From contig CAWCMR010000025.1 in NCBI GenBank assembly GCA_963796685.1, forward strand, positions 1,696,001 to 1,760,000: a stretch of 64,000 nucleotides of DNA. Direction: 5' to 3'. The notes beneath the pieces are model-generated. The model ran no database searches and was not told the DNA's origin. It saw only the letters and a list, made by a program, of their open reading frames with translations. The translations under genes and the position numbers were made by a program. This document shows positions 29,405 to 39,400 of the stretch, piece by piece. Numbering within the stretch: position 1 is the stretch's first letter; every line of letters starts with the position of its first letter. The stretch comes from an uncultured delta proteobacterium (GTDB lineage Bacteria > Myxococcota_A > Polyangia > Fen-1088).

Positions 29405-30154
29405 TTACACCAGCAGAACCTTCGCCGTGGGGAACCAGATGGCCAGCTGGTCCTGGACACGGTACGTGCCGCCCTTGTCCGGGTGGACCCCGATCACGAA
29501 ATCGAAGCTGCGCTGACGAAGCGGATGGTTCTGGTCGCGAAGACCGTCGGGCTGGATGCGGGTGATGAAGTCGGGATGGGGCGCGCCGAGGTCGAGAGCA
29601 ATCACGCCAGCAAGGGTCAGTTCTTGCCACGTGCCGCAGGCGATGGCGAAGTTGTCCTGCAGGGTAAGGTCGCGCTGGCTCGACACCAGATGGTGTGCGA
29701 GCTGGCCGCCGGTGCCGGGAAGCTCAAGCACCCTCTGGTGGGCCTTGACCACGTGCAAGTCCGAGCGGGCGAGCTTGGTTGAAACGCCCAGCAGCCGGGA
29801 CTGTTCGCCCACGTAGTCCGGTCCCGCGGTCTTGAGATCGAGGGACGCAAGGGCACCAAGCCAGTCGTTGGCCAGCCCGTCAGAAAGTCGATTGAGCTCT
29901 AGGTGGTCGTCGACGACCGCGGCGTCGAATGGGATCCGATGAAGCACGGCCGCGTCTTCGAACAGCAGCTCGATGAGGTCAGCGGCCGATAGACGGCCAC
30001 GGAAACGGGACCACGTGGCAAGGTCGGGCTCGGTAAGCCGCGGGGGCCGCCGACCGGCGGCTTCGTCGCGGGCGAGGGAGTGCAGCAGTACTGCCGTCCA
30101 GGTGCCGGTAGGAAGCTGGTGCGACTCAAGGCGAGAAATGTCGAGCCCTGCCAT
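29405..30154 (-). CDS. Uncharacterised first gene of the BREX operon; degenerate class I methyltransferase-like fold
   Basis: Ends 2 bp before pglW. RVLELPGTGGQLAHHL resembles SAM motif I and SFDFVIG resembles strand 4. No NPPY-type motif. Confidence 0.7.
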   Translation of the reverse strand: MAGLDISRLESHQLPTGTWTAVLLHSLARDEAAGRRPPRLTEPDLATWSRFRGRLSAADLIELLFEDAAVLHRIPFDAAVVDDHLELNRLSDGLANDWLGALASLDLKTAGPDYVGEQSRLLGVSTKLARSDLHVVKAHQRVLELPGTGGQLAHHLVSSQRDLTLQDNFAIACGTWQELTLAGVIALDLGAPHPDFITRIQPDGLRDQNHPLRQRSFDFVIGVHPDKGGTYRVQDQLAIWFPTAKVLLV

Positions 30155-30364
30155 CAGAGAGCCTCGCTTGCCATGCTGCCGGCCCGCGTCTGCGGATCGT
30201 CAGGGATGAATCTGTTCAATGATAATGAGGGGTTACGCATGGTCCAGCTCGGGAGGCTGTCGAGTCATCGCCACAGCAGGTCAAAGGACTCGGCGCCCAA
30301 CGACGGTACCACGTGCGACCTACGGGCAGAAGGGCCACCCGAAGGGCTGTGCCGCATCGCCGGC

Positions 30365-30496
30365 AAGTCAGATAGAGCGCTCCACTTTGCGGGTCCTCAC
30401 CGAGATGCTCGCGTACAACCAGCGCCAACCAGTCGAACGACCGCCGCATGTCCTGCGGCTCGAGACATACAAAATGCGCACCGATGCTGGAATCAT
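30365..30496 (-). pseudogene. tnpB: IS66 TnpB, frameshifted and truncated
   Basis: MIPASVRI / FVCLEPQDMRRSFDWLALVVREHLGEDPQSGALY needs a 1-nt correction in the ATTTTG run. Similarity stops after SGALY. ATGA overlap with tnpA. Confidence 0.8.
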
Positions 30497-30843
30497 CGTC
30501 GTGTCTCCAGCGCATCGACCACTCTGCAAAACGCCCCAGCGTCGAAGCCGGACGAAACCATCACGCGAGCGCCACTGGCCAGCACAACCTCGATTCTATC
30601 GCCGGCGTCCGAGCCGTCAGCGGGCACCACAACGCCCGTGCGCACCTCGACGAAGCCAACCTCAGTCTTCGACCGCGGTCGCCTTGTCACTGAACCCCTT
30701 GAATCTCGGCCAATCAGCCACTTGTAGTACTGCAGGGTCCCCGCGTTGATCCTCGCCTCGGCTGCGAACTTGTTTGCCGTCAGCCCGCTACGCGCCCACC
30801 GTGCAACCAGCTCCACCCGCTTCTTGCGTGTCTCTCGTACCAT
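30493..30843 (-). mobile_element. tnpA: IS66 accessory protein TnpA; IS66 remnant lacking the TnpC transposase
   Basis: VARWARSGLTANKFA..INAGTLQYYK, GFVEV, IEVVLASGARVMV..GFD..VVDALE. Confidence 0.82.
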
Positions 30844-30994
30844 CGCCGCATCTGAACCGCCTCCACCCGGGCGTTGTCAGCACGCGGATCGATGAACGGA
30901 TACAGTTTGTCACCTGCTCTGCCGCAATTCGCCGAGAGCATGGGGAATAGAGGGGGACGGCGAACGCCGAACCACACCATGGTATGGTGCGCGA

Positions 30995-32302
30995 ATGCGA
31001 ACGAACCTGCGCTTGCTGTCCATTGCACGAGTGACGCTGACGGTGACCCTATTACTGTCGTGGGGCGCATGTGCCCACCGTGGTGAGGCGACCGCGACGC
31101 CTGCCGTCTCAGCGCAGTCCATCGATGGTGAGTGGGTGCTGGTGGGAAGAACGCCAATTGTCTCGGCCAAGCTGACCGTCGCCCAGGGAAACGCGCGGCT
31201 CGTCGCTTCCGAAGGCCGCGAAAGCGAGACTGAGGACTATCGGATCGTTGGGACGGCCGGCCGGCGCACTGACTTCGCGCGCGTGAGAAATGGCCAAGTG
31301 GAGCCGAAGGACATCACGCCGTTCGTCGTGTTGTCTGCCGGCCACGCCCTTTGGCTCAGTCACGGCCCGCTCGCAGCAGCCAGAGCCTATCGATTCACGC
31401 CGATTCCTGACACCTTCTTCGGCACGCATCCCATGGATCCCAACCCAGATCAGTGCTCGACGGTTGCTGTCAGCGACCGTTCGATCCTGTTGACCTTTGG
31501 CAACGGCAAGACAGAGGAATTCTTGGCGCGGACCGTAACCAATCAAGATGCCACGACCGTTCGGGTGGCGACCAACCTGGGCACGCTCGTTCTCACGCGC
31601 GAGGGCGAGCGGTTGCGACTGGAGGTCGAGCCTTCTCTCGTCAACTCTCGAATCCAATACACGGGCCATTTCCAAGGAAACGCCAAGGCGAAGGGAACCC
31701 CGGCCGCGCTATCCTCGCAGGTGGTCCCGGACGGTCGATACGCGGTCGCATGCCTGCGTGGCATATCAGATCTCCGCGGTCAGTTCGACGTCAGGGGGAA
31801 CACATGGACACGGGTCGGATCCAATGCGAAGCCGTCGCAGGTCACACTTAGACCTGTGAAGGCCATTGGCGACAACTGGCAGCTCGTCGAAGCGACCCTC
31901 ACCGGGGTGCGGGACCCTCGAGAACTGATCGTCGAACGGTTCTCCGAAGGATACATCATCCAAAGCCGTGAGGACGTAGTGGTGTCCTATCCCACGACGA
32001 AGCCGCCGAATTGGAGCCCGATCGTCGAGCTCGACGCGTACCTCAGGATCGTTTTCGCCAGACTGGCCGAGCAAGATGTGCTGACCTTCATGCAGATGAA
32101 GGAGAGCTTCGTGAAGCTTGCGACCAACAAGCAGCTGGCTTCGACTTGGTTCTCGTTTCTGACGGTGGCTCTCGACTATTCACGCCCCTGCCAGAGACTG
32201 GAAGAGATGGTGGCCAATCTCGGCGCGACCTTGCCGCAAGGCCCGGGCATGGACAAGCTTCAAGCCCTGTGTCGCACGATGCCACCAACCGATGACGATT
32301 AG
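30995..32302 (+). CDS. Hypothetical lipoprotein
   Basis: Hydrophobic N-terminus with lipobox-like SWGAC, then IDGEWVLV and beta-rich repeats. 435 aa. Confidence 0.6.
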   Translation: MRTNLRLLSIARVTLTVTLLLSWGACAHRGEATATPAVSAQSIDGEWVLVGRTPIVSAKLTVAQGNARLVASEGRESETEDYRIVGTAGRRTDFARVRNGQVEPKDITPFVVLSAGHALWLSHGPLAAARAYRFTPIPDTFFGTHPMDPNPDQCSTVAVSDRSILLTFGNGKTEEFLARTVTNQDATTVRVATNLGTLVLTREGERLRLEVEPSLVNSRIQYTGHFQGNAKAKGTPAALSSQVVPDGRYAVACLRGISDLRGQFDVRGNTWTRVGSNAKPSQVTLRPVKAIGDNWQLVEATLTGVRDPRELIVERFSEGYIIQSREDVVVSYPTTKPPNWSPIVELDAYLRIVFARLAEQDVLTFMQMKESFVKLATNKQLASTWFSFLTVALDYSRPCQRLEEMVANLGATLPQGPGMDKLQALCRTMPPTDDD

Positions 32303-32333
32303 ACGATGATGAATAGGTGAAGACGCGGAGTCT

Positions 32334-32720
32334 CTACCGTTTGTGGTGGTGCTTCGGGATCTGAGGATAGGCGATCTTCGCCTCCCACTTCGCTCCTAAG
32401 GGTCGCGTATCGACGGCGTAGACAATGCGTTCGCCGGAGTAGTCGACCAGCACGTCGATCGAGCTACCGATAGCGACCTGCGGCTCCGAATCCGTCCAGA
32501 TGGCGCCGGATTCGAGGACGCACTTGCCTCCCGAATTGGGATCGACCCATTCCGCACGAATCATCCACGGGTAGTGCAGCGGCATCCACTTGCCGGTCCG
32601 GATGGCGTAGTTTCGGTCCTGCCTGATGTCGGTAACTCGTGCCGTCGCTCGCGTTCCAGACCATGCGAGCTTCCTTCGCCGGACAAAGTCCATGAACGGC
32701 CCCGCGAGCAAGAACAAGCC
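32334..32720 (-). pseudogene. DUF3592-like membrane-anchored protein, probably 5'-truncated
   Basis: GLFLLAGPFMDFVRRRKLAWSGTRATARVTDI...PWMIRAEWVDP...IDVLVD...YAVD. No clear start upstream of the TM segment. Confidence 0.5.
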
Positions 32721-32820
32721 TACGGATTCGCGTCTCGAATCCAAACCGAGGGTAGTTTCCAGGCAACTCTTTCTGCGCACAACCGATAGTTTGGCACGAG
32801 CCGCTGTGCGACCATCAACA

Positions 32821-34386
32821 TCACGACCGAGCCTTGCCCTTTGTTGGCGATACCTCGATTTCTCCAGGTTCGCCTGCCAAGCTGACGGCACCCGATTCTG
32901 TGTTCTGTGGAACGATGGATAATCGCCCAGCATCGATGGTATTCGTGCGTGCTTGTATCTGCGCCAGAGCCACCCGCGCGGCCATTCCGAATCGTCCGCC
33001 GAACAGCCCAAGAAGCACCTCGACCGAACGTTCCGTGCCGACGCTCCCGAGGGCTTCGATGGCTGGCATGGTCGAGTCTCCCTGTCTAGATGCGATGAGA
33101 TCGAGAAGGGCGGCTTCGATGCAATCGGCCGTCGAGCTAGCAAGCCATTGCACGACGGGCTCACAGTGCTCGAAACGCCCACGCTTGATTAGGTTGCAGA
33201 CGAGCTTGACCAAGGTTTCATCGCCCGAGGTCGCCGCGGCCTTGACGGCCACGTTCTCAAGGGGCTCGCATGACGAGGCGACGGCTGCCTCAATCAGTGA
33301 CCGCACCTGAGGTACTGGAAAGTGCTGGACCAGGTAGTCGAGCGCGTTCGCGCGCAACCAGTCGGGGCCCTTTGCGTGCGCGAGGAGGGTGGACATTTCT
33401 CGAAACGCGGTCGTGCCGCCGGCAAAGGTGGACGCGATGGCTCTGACCGCTTGCTGTTCATCGTGCATGGCAGCGGCGATAATGGCGGGCAGGCCGGCAT
33501 CCTCACGACACTGCTCGATGAGCACCTGCAGGTTTCGGCAGCGGATCCAAGGGCTGGGATCCTTGCTGGCGTTGAGGCTCAGGCGCGGCAACACCTGATC
33601 GGGCGCGATGCGGAGCTTCCTGGCCAATCGGCAACACCCTGCGATGGCTTGCACCATATCTGAGGAGGGAATCGGCAAGGGCTGTTCGATGGAACAGCGA
33701 TGGGCGTCACGTAGGGAGAATCTCGGCGCGTCCGCATCGAGAAGAATGAGAGTTTTCCAACCGCACGTAGCCGCCATCACCTCGGCGCGGGTGCCGGAGT
33801 CCATGATGGCGGCCGTGTGTGTGGGGCTTCCGGCCAATCGCACCACCTTGTCGAACGGCGCATCGCCAAGGGGAGGCAATGACGGCGTCGTGAACCTATC
33901 GTCCAGCGCCGGGTTTCCGGCACGCGCCAAGGCCAGGCAATTCTTGCCGTCGCCAGAAATCGCGATGCGTACCTTTCTCTGGTCAAGGACAATGTCTTCC
34001 CGCCCGATGGTGATTTGAACGAATGCGCCATCTCGCAGTCCGGCCAGCACGATCTCATCATTTGCATGGCGAAACCGGGGCCTTGGAGCCTTATCGAAGA
34101 GGCTAGCCCCCAGTTCTCGCCATCGTCTCAGGCCGCGTCTGAAGCTGCGTTTCTTTGTTCGACGCTCTATGAGGAGCCTTCGCCCGACCACGAGTGCCAA
34201 AGACAGTAGCGCTCCGACGCCACCGCCGACGATGATGGTTCCATCGAGGACGGGGCCAAGACGGGCGTATGTGCTGTCAAGGATGGCGAACGTTGAACCG
34301 AGTGACGCCGCGAAGAAGAGCGCCACGGCAATCCACTCCCACAGGCGTACATCGGGCCAGCTGGAACGCTCGTCCTTCTTGGACAT
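32821..34386 (-). CDS. Membrane-anchored HEAT-repeat protein
   Basis: Two N-terminal TM helices. HEAT-like DPSPWIRCRNLQVL, DEQQAVRAIA, AIEALGSVGTERSVEVL. C-terminal AGRLSI..SGAVSL. Confidence 0.7.
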   Translation of the reverse strand: MSKKDERSSWPDVRLWEWIAVALFFAASLGSTFAILDSTYARLGPVLDGTIIVGGGVGALLSLALVVGRRLLIERRTKKRSFRRGLRRWRELGASLFDKAPRPRFRHANDEIVLAGLRDGAFVQITIGREDIVLDQRKVRIAISGDGKNCLALARAGNPALDDRFTTPSLPPLGDAPFDKVVRLAGSPTHTAAIMDSGTRAEVMAATCGWKTLILLDADAPRFSLRDAHRCSIEQPLPIPSSDMVQAIAGCCRLARKLRIAPDQVLPRLSLNASKDPSPWIRCRNLQVLIEQCREDAGLPAIIAAAMHDEQQAVRAIASTFAGGTTAFREMSTLLAHAKGPDWLRANALDYLVQHFPVPQVRSLIEAAVASSCEPLENVAVKAAATSGDETLVKLVCNLIKRGRFEHCEPVVQWLASSTADCIEAALLDLIASRQGDSTMPAIEALGSVGTERSVEVLLGLFGGRFGMAARVALAQIQARTNTIDAGRLSIVPQNTESGAVSLAGEPGEIEVSPTKGKARS

Positions 34387-34487
34387 GGTCGGCAAAGTCT
34401 AGGCGGTTCTCCGCCTCGCCGTCCATGTGGAATGCGCGCAACCAGATATTGCGCTCGGCGAGGCATTGGCCTCAAGATTCGGAACGC

Positions 34488-36194
34488 ATGTCCAAGCCAC
34501 GCTGGGCACTCGATCTTGGAACCACGAACACCATCCTCACCTGTTGGGACGTGGCCGCGGATCGCCCGCGCGTCTTCGAGATGCCTGCGCTCTGTCGCCA
34601 CGTCGACGAGGCCGATCCGCTGCAGGCACCGCGCGCGGTGCCGAGTGCTGTGCAAGTGACCGAGAATCCAGGATTTTGGACTCGCGTCGGCAGCCGCGGC
34701 TTTCTCACCCGGCATTTCTTCCTCGGCAAACTTGGGCTGATCGGCCGCCCAGCCTTGGAAGCCAATGTTGCGAGGGCGCGGCCGAATTTCACCGCGAGCT
34801 TCAAACGCGATCTCTCGCAAAGCCCGCTCGTGACAGTTGCGCGCGTGAATGGTTGTGCGGTTTCCGCGCGTGAAGTCAACCGCATGTTCCTGCGCGAGCT
34901 CTTCGCCGAGGTGAAGCGACTGTCCGGCGAACGCATCAGCGAGCTCGTGGTCACAACCCCCGTCGAGGCCTTCGAGACCTACCGGGCGGAGATCTCGACC
35001 GCTTGCAAGGCCCTGGGCCTTGGCAAGGTTCGCTTCCTCGACGAACCGGTGGCAGCCGCCCTCGGGTATGGACTGGGGCTCGACCGGTCACGCCTGGTGC
35101 TGGTCGTCGACATGGGCGGCGGTACCATGCATCTGGCGCTGGTGACCCTGAAACCCGCCAGGACCGACGTCAAGGAGGCGGAGGTGATCGCAAAAGCGGG
35201 CCGGCCGATGGGCGGAAACCTGGTCGACCGCTGGGTGGTCGAAGATCTGTGCGAGAAGCGCCAATACACCTTTCTCGATGACGACAGCCCGGACGGAAAG
35301 ATGTGGCGTCGCCTGATGCTCGCCGAGGCCTGCCGGGTGAAAGAGTCGCTGTTTGTCAAGGAGCGCGAGACCTTCGAACTGGAGCCTTTCGAGGAGTGTC
35401 GTCGCTTCGAAGCGCGCCTGGCCACCGGCCCTTTGCCCACGCCCGAGCTTGGCCGCGAAGAGCTCGTCCGCATTCTCACTGAACGCGGGCTTTACCGAGC
35501 CTTGGAAGAATGCATCGATGAGGTACTGGCACAGGCGCAAACGGCGGGGCTTTCTCAGGCCGCCATCGAGGACGTTCTGATGGTCGGTGGTTCGACTTTG
35601 TTACCCAACGTCTATTCCCTGTTCGAAGGCCGCTTTGGCCGTGACCGTGTGCGCGCCTTTCAACCCTTCGAGGCCGTGGCCTATGGCGCTTGCGCCTACG
35701 CCGCGAACCGCATCGCGCCCTCGGACTTCATCGTTCACGACTACGCTCTGCTGACCTACGATCGTAGAACCCAGGCGCCGGAATACAGCGTGGTCGTGCC
35801 GCGCGGAACACGTTTTCCGACGGCGATGGACTTCTGGAAGCGCTCACTCGTGCCGACCTGCTCCCTCGGCCTGCCCGAGAAGATTTTCAAGCTCGTCATT
35901 TGCGAGGTCGGCGACGCGCGCAACGGCGACGAACGACGCTTCGGCTGGGATGCGTCCGGGCGCCTACACAGCCTGGGAGGGCAAGACGCAGCCAGCGAGC
36001 CCTACGTCGTGAAACTGAATGATTCCAACCCAACCCTGGGATACCTGAGCCCGCCGCATGACCCAGGTGACCGCCGACCGCGTCTCGAGGTTTCATTCGG
36101 CGTGAATGCCGATCGCTGGCTGTGCGCCACGGTGAGCGACCTGCCGACGCGGAAGCGCCTGATGCACGAAGCGCCCGTGGTGAGGCTGCTGTAG
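34488..36194 (+). CDS. Atypical Hsp70-family protein
   Basis: ALDLGTTNT, FLDEPVAAALGY, VVDMGGGTMHL, LMVGGSTLLP, EAVAYGA. Short SBD-like region, no lid. Confidence 0.88.
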   Translation: MSKPRWALDLGTTNTILTCWDVAADRPRVFEMPALCRHVDEADPLQAPRAVPSAVQVTENPGFWTRVGSRGFLTRHFFLGKLGLIGRPALEANVARARPNFTASFKRDLSQSPLVTVARVNGCAVSAREVNRMFLRELFAEVKRLSGERISELVVTTPVEAFETYRAEISTACKALGLGKVRFLDEPVAAALGYGLGLDRSRLVLVVDMGGGTMHLALVTLKPARTDVKEAEVIAKAGRPMGGNLVDRWVVEDLCEKRQYTFLDDDSPDGKMWRRLMLAEACRVKESLFVKERETFELEPFEECRRFEARLATGPLPTPELGREELVRILTERGLYRALEECIDEVLAQAQTAGLSQAAIEDVLMVGGSTLLPNVYSLFEGRFGRDRVRAFQPFEAVAYGACAYAANRIAPSDFIVHDYALLTYDRRTQAPEYSVVVPRGTRFPTAMDFWKRSLVPTCSLGLPEKIFKLVICEVGDARNGDERRFGWDASGRLHSLGGQDAASEPYVVKLNDSNPTLGYLSPPHDPGDRRPRLEVSFGVNADRWLCATVSDLPTRKRLMHEAPVVRLL

Positions 36195-36225
36195 ATGGGC
36201 CGTGCTGGAGGCCATTCGCTCGCGA

Positions 36226-36834
36226 CTACCGCTTGCGCCGCCGACGGTGTTCGTGGTGGCCGGGGTGCTCGGGCTGGGGCCCGGTCCACGGGCGGATGCC
36301 CGGGCCTTCAGTCGGAACCTCGACCTTGCCATCGAACAGGCGGAGACCAAGGTACACGGCCATGCTGCGACTTAGCGACGCGGCCTCTTCGAGGCTCTTA
36401 CAGCCCGCGAGGCTCCAGAAGTCGTAGTACCAAGGCAGACCCGTGATGACGATCGGCCAGTAGTAGGGCTGGTACCCTCTGCCACCGCCTCGTCTCGACT
36501 GGACGATCACCTTGGCGTCGTCGCCAAGCTTGTAGCATCGGTAGCTCGTCCTTCTGGTGATCCGATTCTTGCGCCAACAGCGAGCCTCTCGCGGGGTATC
36601 CGACAGCTCGACTTTCAAATTGAGGCTCGAAAACCATGCCAGATAGAGGACCGCGATCCCAACGGCGAGACCGGCGGTTGACAATGCAAGGACCGCGACG
36701 GGCATTCTGCTCTCGATGCATGTCCAAGCCCCATAGAAGGGCGCTGCCACGAATCCCAATAGCAGCAAGGTGCCGACAACACCCCAGAAGGTGAACGTCA
36801 GCCTTCGGTCGAAATCCTTTTCGCCGAACTCCAT
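36226..36834 (-). CDS. Two-TM membrane protein; candidate immunity protein
   Basis: ATG 1 nt after the corrected toxin stop (TGACATG). Two hydrophobic helices followed by a soluble domain. Confidence 0.55.
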   Translation of the reverse strand: MEFGEKDFDRRLTFTFWGVVGTLLLLGFVAAPFYGAWTCIESRMPVAVLALSTAGLAVGIAVLYLAWFSSLNLKVELSDTPREARCWRKNRITRRTSYRCYKLGDDAKVIVQSRRGGGRGYQPYYWPIVITGLPWYYDFWSLAGCKSLEEAASLSRSMAVYLGLRLFDGKVEVPTEGPGIRPWTGPQPEHPGHHEHRRRRKR

Positions 36835-36835
36835 G

Positions 36836-39395
36836 TCACAAGCTCCCGCCGGTGCCGCCGGGGCGATTGGCATAATCCGGAGAGCCCGCTGTGGAGTACG
36901 AGAGGCCTCTCTGCACTACCCGTGAGCCGTCTTTGCTAAGCCGGAGGACGAAGCGACCCGACAAGTGAAAGGAGAATCCGGCGGCCTGTTCTTTGGTCAG
37001 AGCGCCTCCGAGGACGGTCCATGGGCTGAGGCTCGTGAGGTACGGCGTCGTCATCTCCCAGTGGGCGTGACTGCCGCACTTCTCGTGCGTGTATTCGTTG
37101 GAGATATCCATGTCGGCGAGAAAGACCGCGTCCGCGGGCAGCAGCGGGGTGGCTCGGGGCGGGCTGACGTCGACCAGGAACTGCTGCGCGCCGGTTTGTT
37201 TGTCGAGGCTCGAGCCGCACCTCGGGCTGGCCGAAGCCGTAAAGGATTTCGTCCAGCTTCTCGATCAACGACGTGACCTCGGTCGCCGGATTGCCCTTGA
37301 AGGTCACCTTCGGCCCGGTGTCCTTGCCCCAGGGGCTCGTGCGCAGGTAAACGTTCAGCTCGTCCATGTGCTCGACGACACCCGCCCCCACCCATTGCAG
37401 GACCATACCTACCAGGGCAAGCCCAACGCCGATCCCGGTTTCGGCAGCAAGGGCACCAATCAGTCCGAAGGCCGCGCCGACCGCGTTCAGGGCGTAGCCA
37501 AGGCCAGTGCCCGCCCCACGCGAGCTCGCGAGATCCTCGAGGGCAAGCACGAGATCGATGCCGCTAGCGATGCTTCCTAGGAACTTTAGCTTCGCGACAC
37601 GCACTCCGGTTTGCGAGGTCACCTTGTATGAGTACTGGGTAGTTCTTTCGACGGCCTCGCCGAGCTTCTCCCAGGGCTTGGGCATCAGGTCAAAGGTCAA
37701 CTCGAGCGCGTTCAGGCCACTCGACATGGCCTCCATCACGGCCTTGTGGTCGCCTTTCTTCTTCACCTCGCCGAACTTCTCCCAGAAGGTTGCGGCGCGC
37801 GCTAGCGCCTGCCCGACCTTGGCGGCCTTGACGATGGCCTTCGATGCGTCCGTCTCAAAGACCTCGTTCCGGCCCTTGCCGGCCGGAACCAGCTTCTTCG
37901 CTTTCTGCAGGCGCGCCTCGTAGTCGGCCCGGTATTTCGCCTTCAGACCATCGATCTTGGCCCGGTCCGCTACCACTTCCTTGACGTTGATGTCGATGCC
38001 CGACTTGCTCTTTACGAAGTCGGCCAGCGAGGCGAAGGTCATCTTGCCTTTGCGCATGTAGATGTGGGGTAGGAGATTCTGCAGCAGACCGTCCCAGGCC
38101 TGCAGGATGAAGTCGGCGGGCTTCATGGTCGCGGCCAGCGCTCCGAGCAGGCAGTCGTCTTCGATGGGCTTGAGCTCCGCTTCGCCCAGGCACTGATCGG
38201 CGGCCTTCTGCAGGAATTCCTGACCGGACTTGGTCTGGTCGAGACGGCCGATGAACAAGTTGCGAACCGCGCCCACGGCCTTCTTCCACTGGTCCGATCC
38301 GTAGCGCGCCTCGTACATCATCCCCGACAGCCAGTTGGACTTGATCTTCTGTTCTGGCCGAAGCTCGTTCTTGTACGGCTTGGGCGGCCAGCTCTGGGTG
38401 GCGTCGAAAGTGATCTGGTCGGGGTTGAAGCCTCCGGAGAACCAGGTCCAGCCCTCTGCCGCGAACCCGTAACCGCACCAACGAAGGAGCCTCCTGCACT
38501 CCTCCTCGGCCCGGAACCACAGGGCCTCAACGGGATTTTCGAATTCCTGCAGATCGAAACCCAGCTTCGGCACCATGCCGCGGAGATTCTCGTCGCCGGC
38601 AATGATGGCCTGGATGCGCTTCACCAAGACGTACCGCGGGGTCTGGCCATTCTGGATCTGCAAGCCCAATGCCGCCTGCACGAGCTCGTTGTAGGCGAGT
38701 ATGCGTGGGAGGGCCTCGCTGCAAGGATTGATGAGATAGAGAATGCGTTCACCCTTGGGGACATCCTTGTCTTCGAGAAAGTCCTTGGCTAGCGCCTTCA
38801 CCTCGTCCTGGTTCGGCGGTCTGGGCTTGGTGGCGGCCACGAAGTCACAGGCGAATGGGTCGTTGATCCACGACCCGCGCACCAACACGTGCGCGAGAAG
38901 CAGCTTGTGTTCCTTGGTGGTGGGAGTGTGTAGCGCATCCACGAAGTCCTGCGACATCGGTTCCGGCGAAAGCAGCGCGCAGTAGCGCAGGACTCGGCGG
39001 GTCTTCTTGTCGGGAACGGCAACCGCCTGTGGAAGCTCCAAGAGCGACAGCCCATCATCGTTCTTACCCACAGGCTTCGGAATCTCGGTGGGTTTGGCGA
39101 GGTCGACGTATCTAAACACACCGGCTGCGTGAAAATAGAGGATGTATTCGAGCCGGTACTGGTTGGCTGTCGCGTGGTCCGACAGAACATAGACCCATGA
39201 CTTGGCCTTGAGACGTTGGTTTCCTGGATCGCGAAGGAATGTCCGTAACACGGTCGTCCCATTGCCCGAGAAGCTACGGAACACACACGGCTTGGAAGCA
39301 GATTGGGGCTGGTGTTCCACGTCGACGATGCGCTGGACTCCGCAGAACCGAACGTGAATATCGCTGCTGGGAGGTGGGGGAGCCGGAGAGGCCAT
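36836..39395 (-). pseudogene. T6SS-type effector, VasX-like pore-forming toxin, with a +1 frameshift near 37207
   Basis: RBS and ATG at 39395 right after the PAAR gene. MIX-like FLRDPG...SWVYVL near the N-terminus. Hydrophobic Gly/Ala helices (GLGYALNAVGAAFGLIGALAAETGIGVGLALVGMVLQWVG) then YLRTSPWG. Frame continues in ORF 36836-37111 after removing one C. Confidence 0.62.
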
Positions 39396-39400
39396 TCGTC

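Noticed and set aside
29403-29630. N-terminal extension of the 1446-aa pglW ORF
   Set aside because: It overlaps the upstream gene. The ATG at 29402 immediately precedes the NERD domain.
29405-30154. Calling the leader gene brxE, brxA or brxR
   Set aside because: I recognised no WYL, BrxA or BrxE motifs, and the core gene set is type 2.
32724-32742. Hairpin GGATTCG-N5-CGAATCC as an attC site or terminator
   Set aside because: No RYYYAAC/GTTRRRY boxes and no clear U-tract; single copy.
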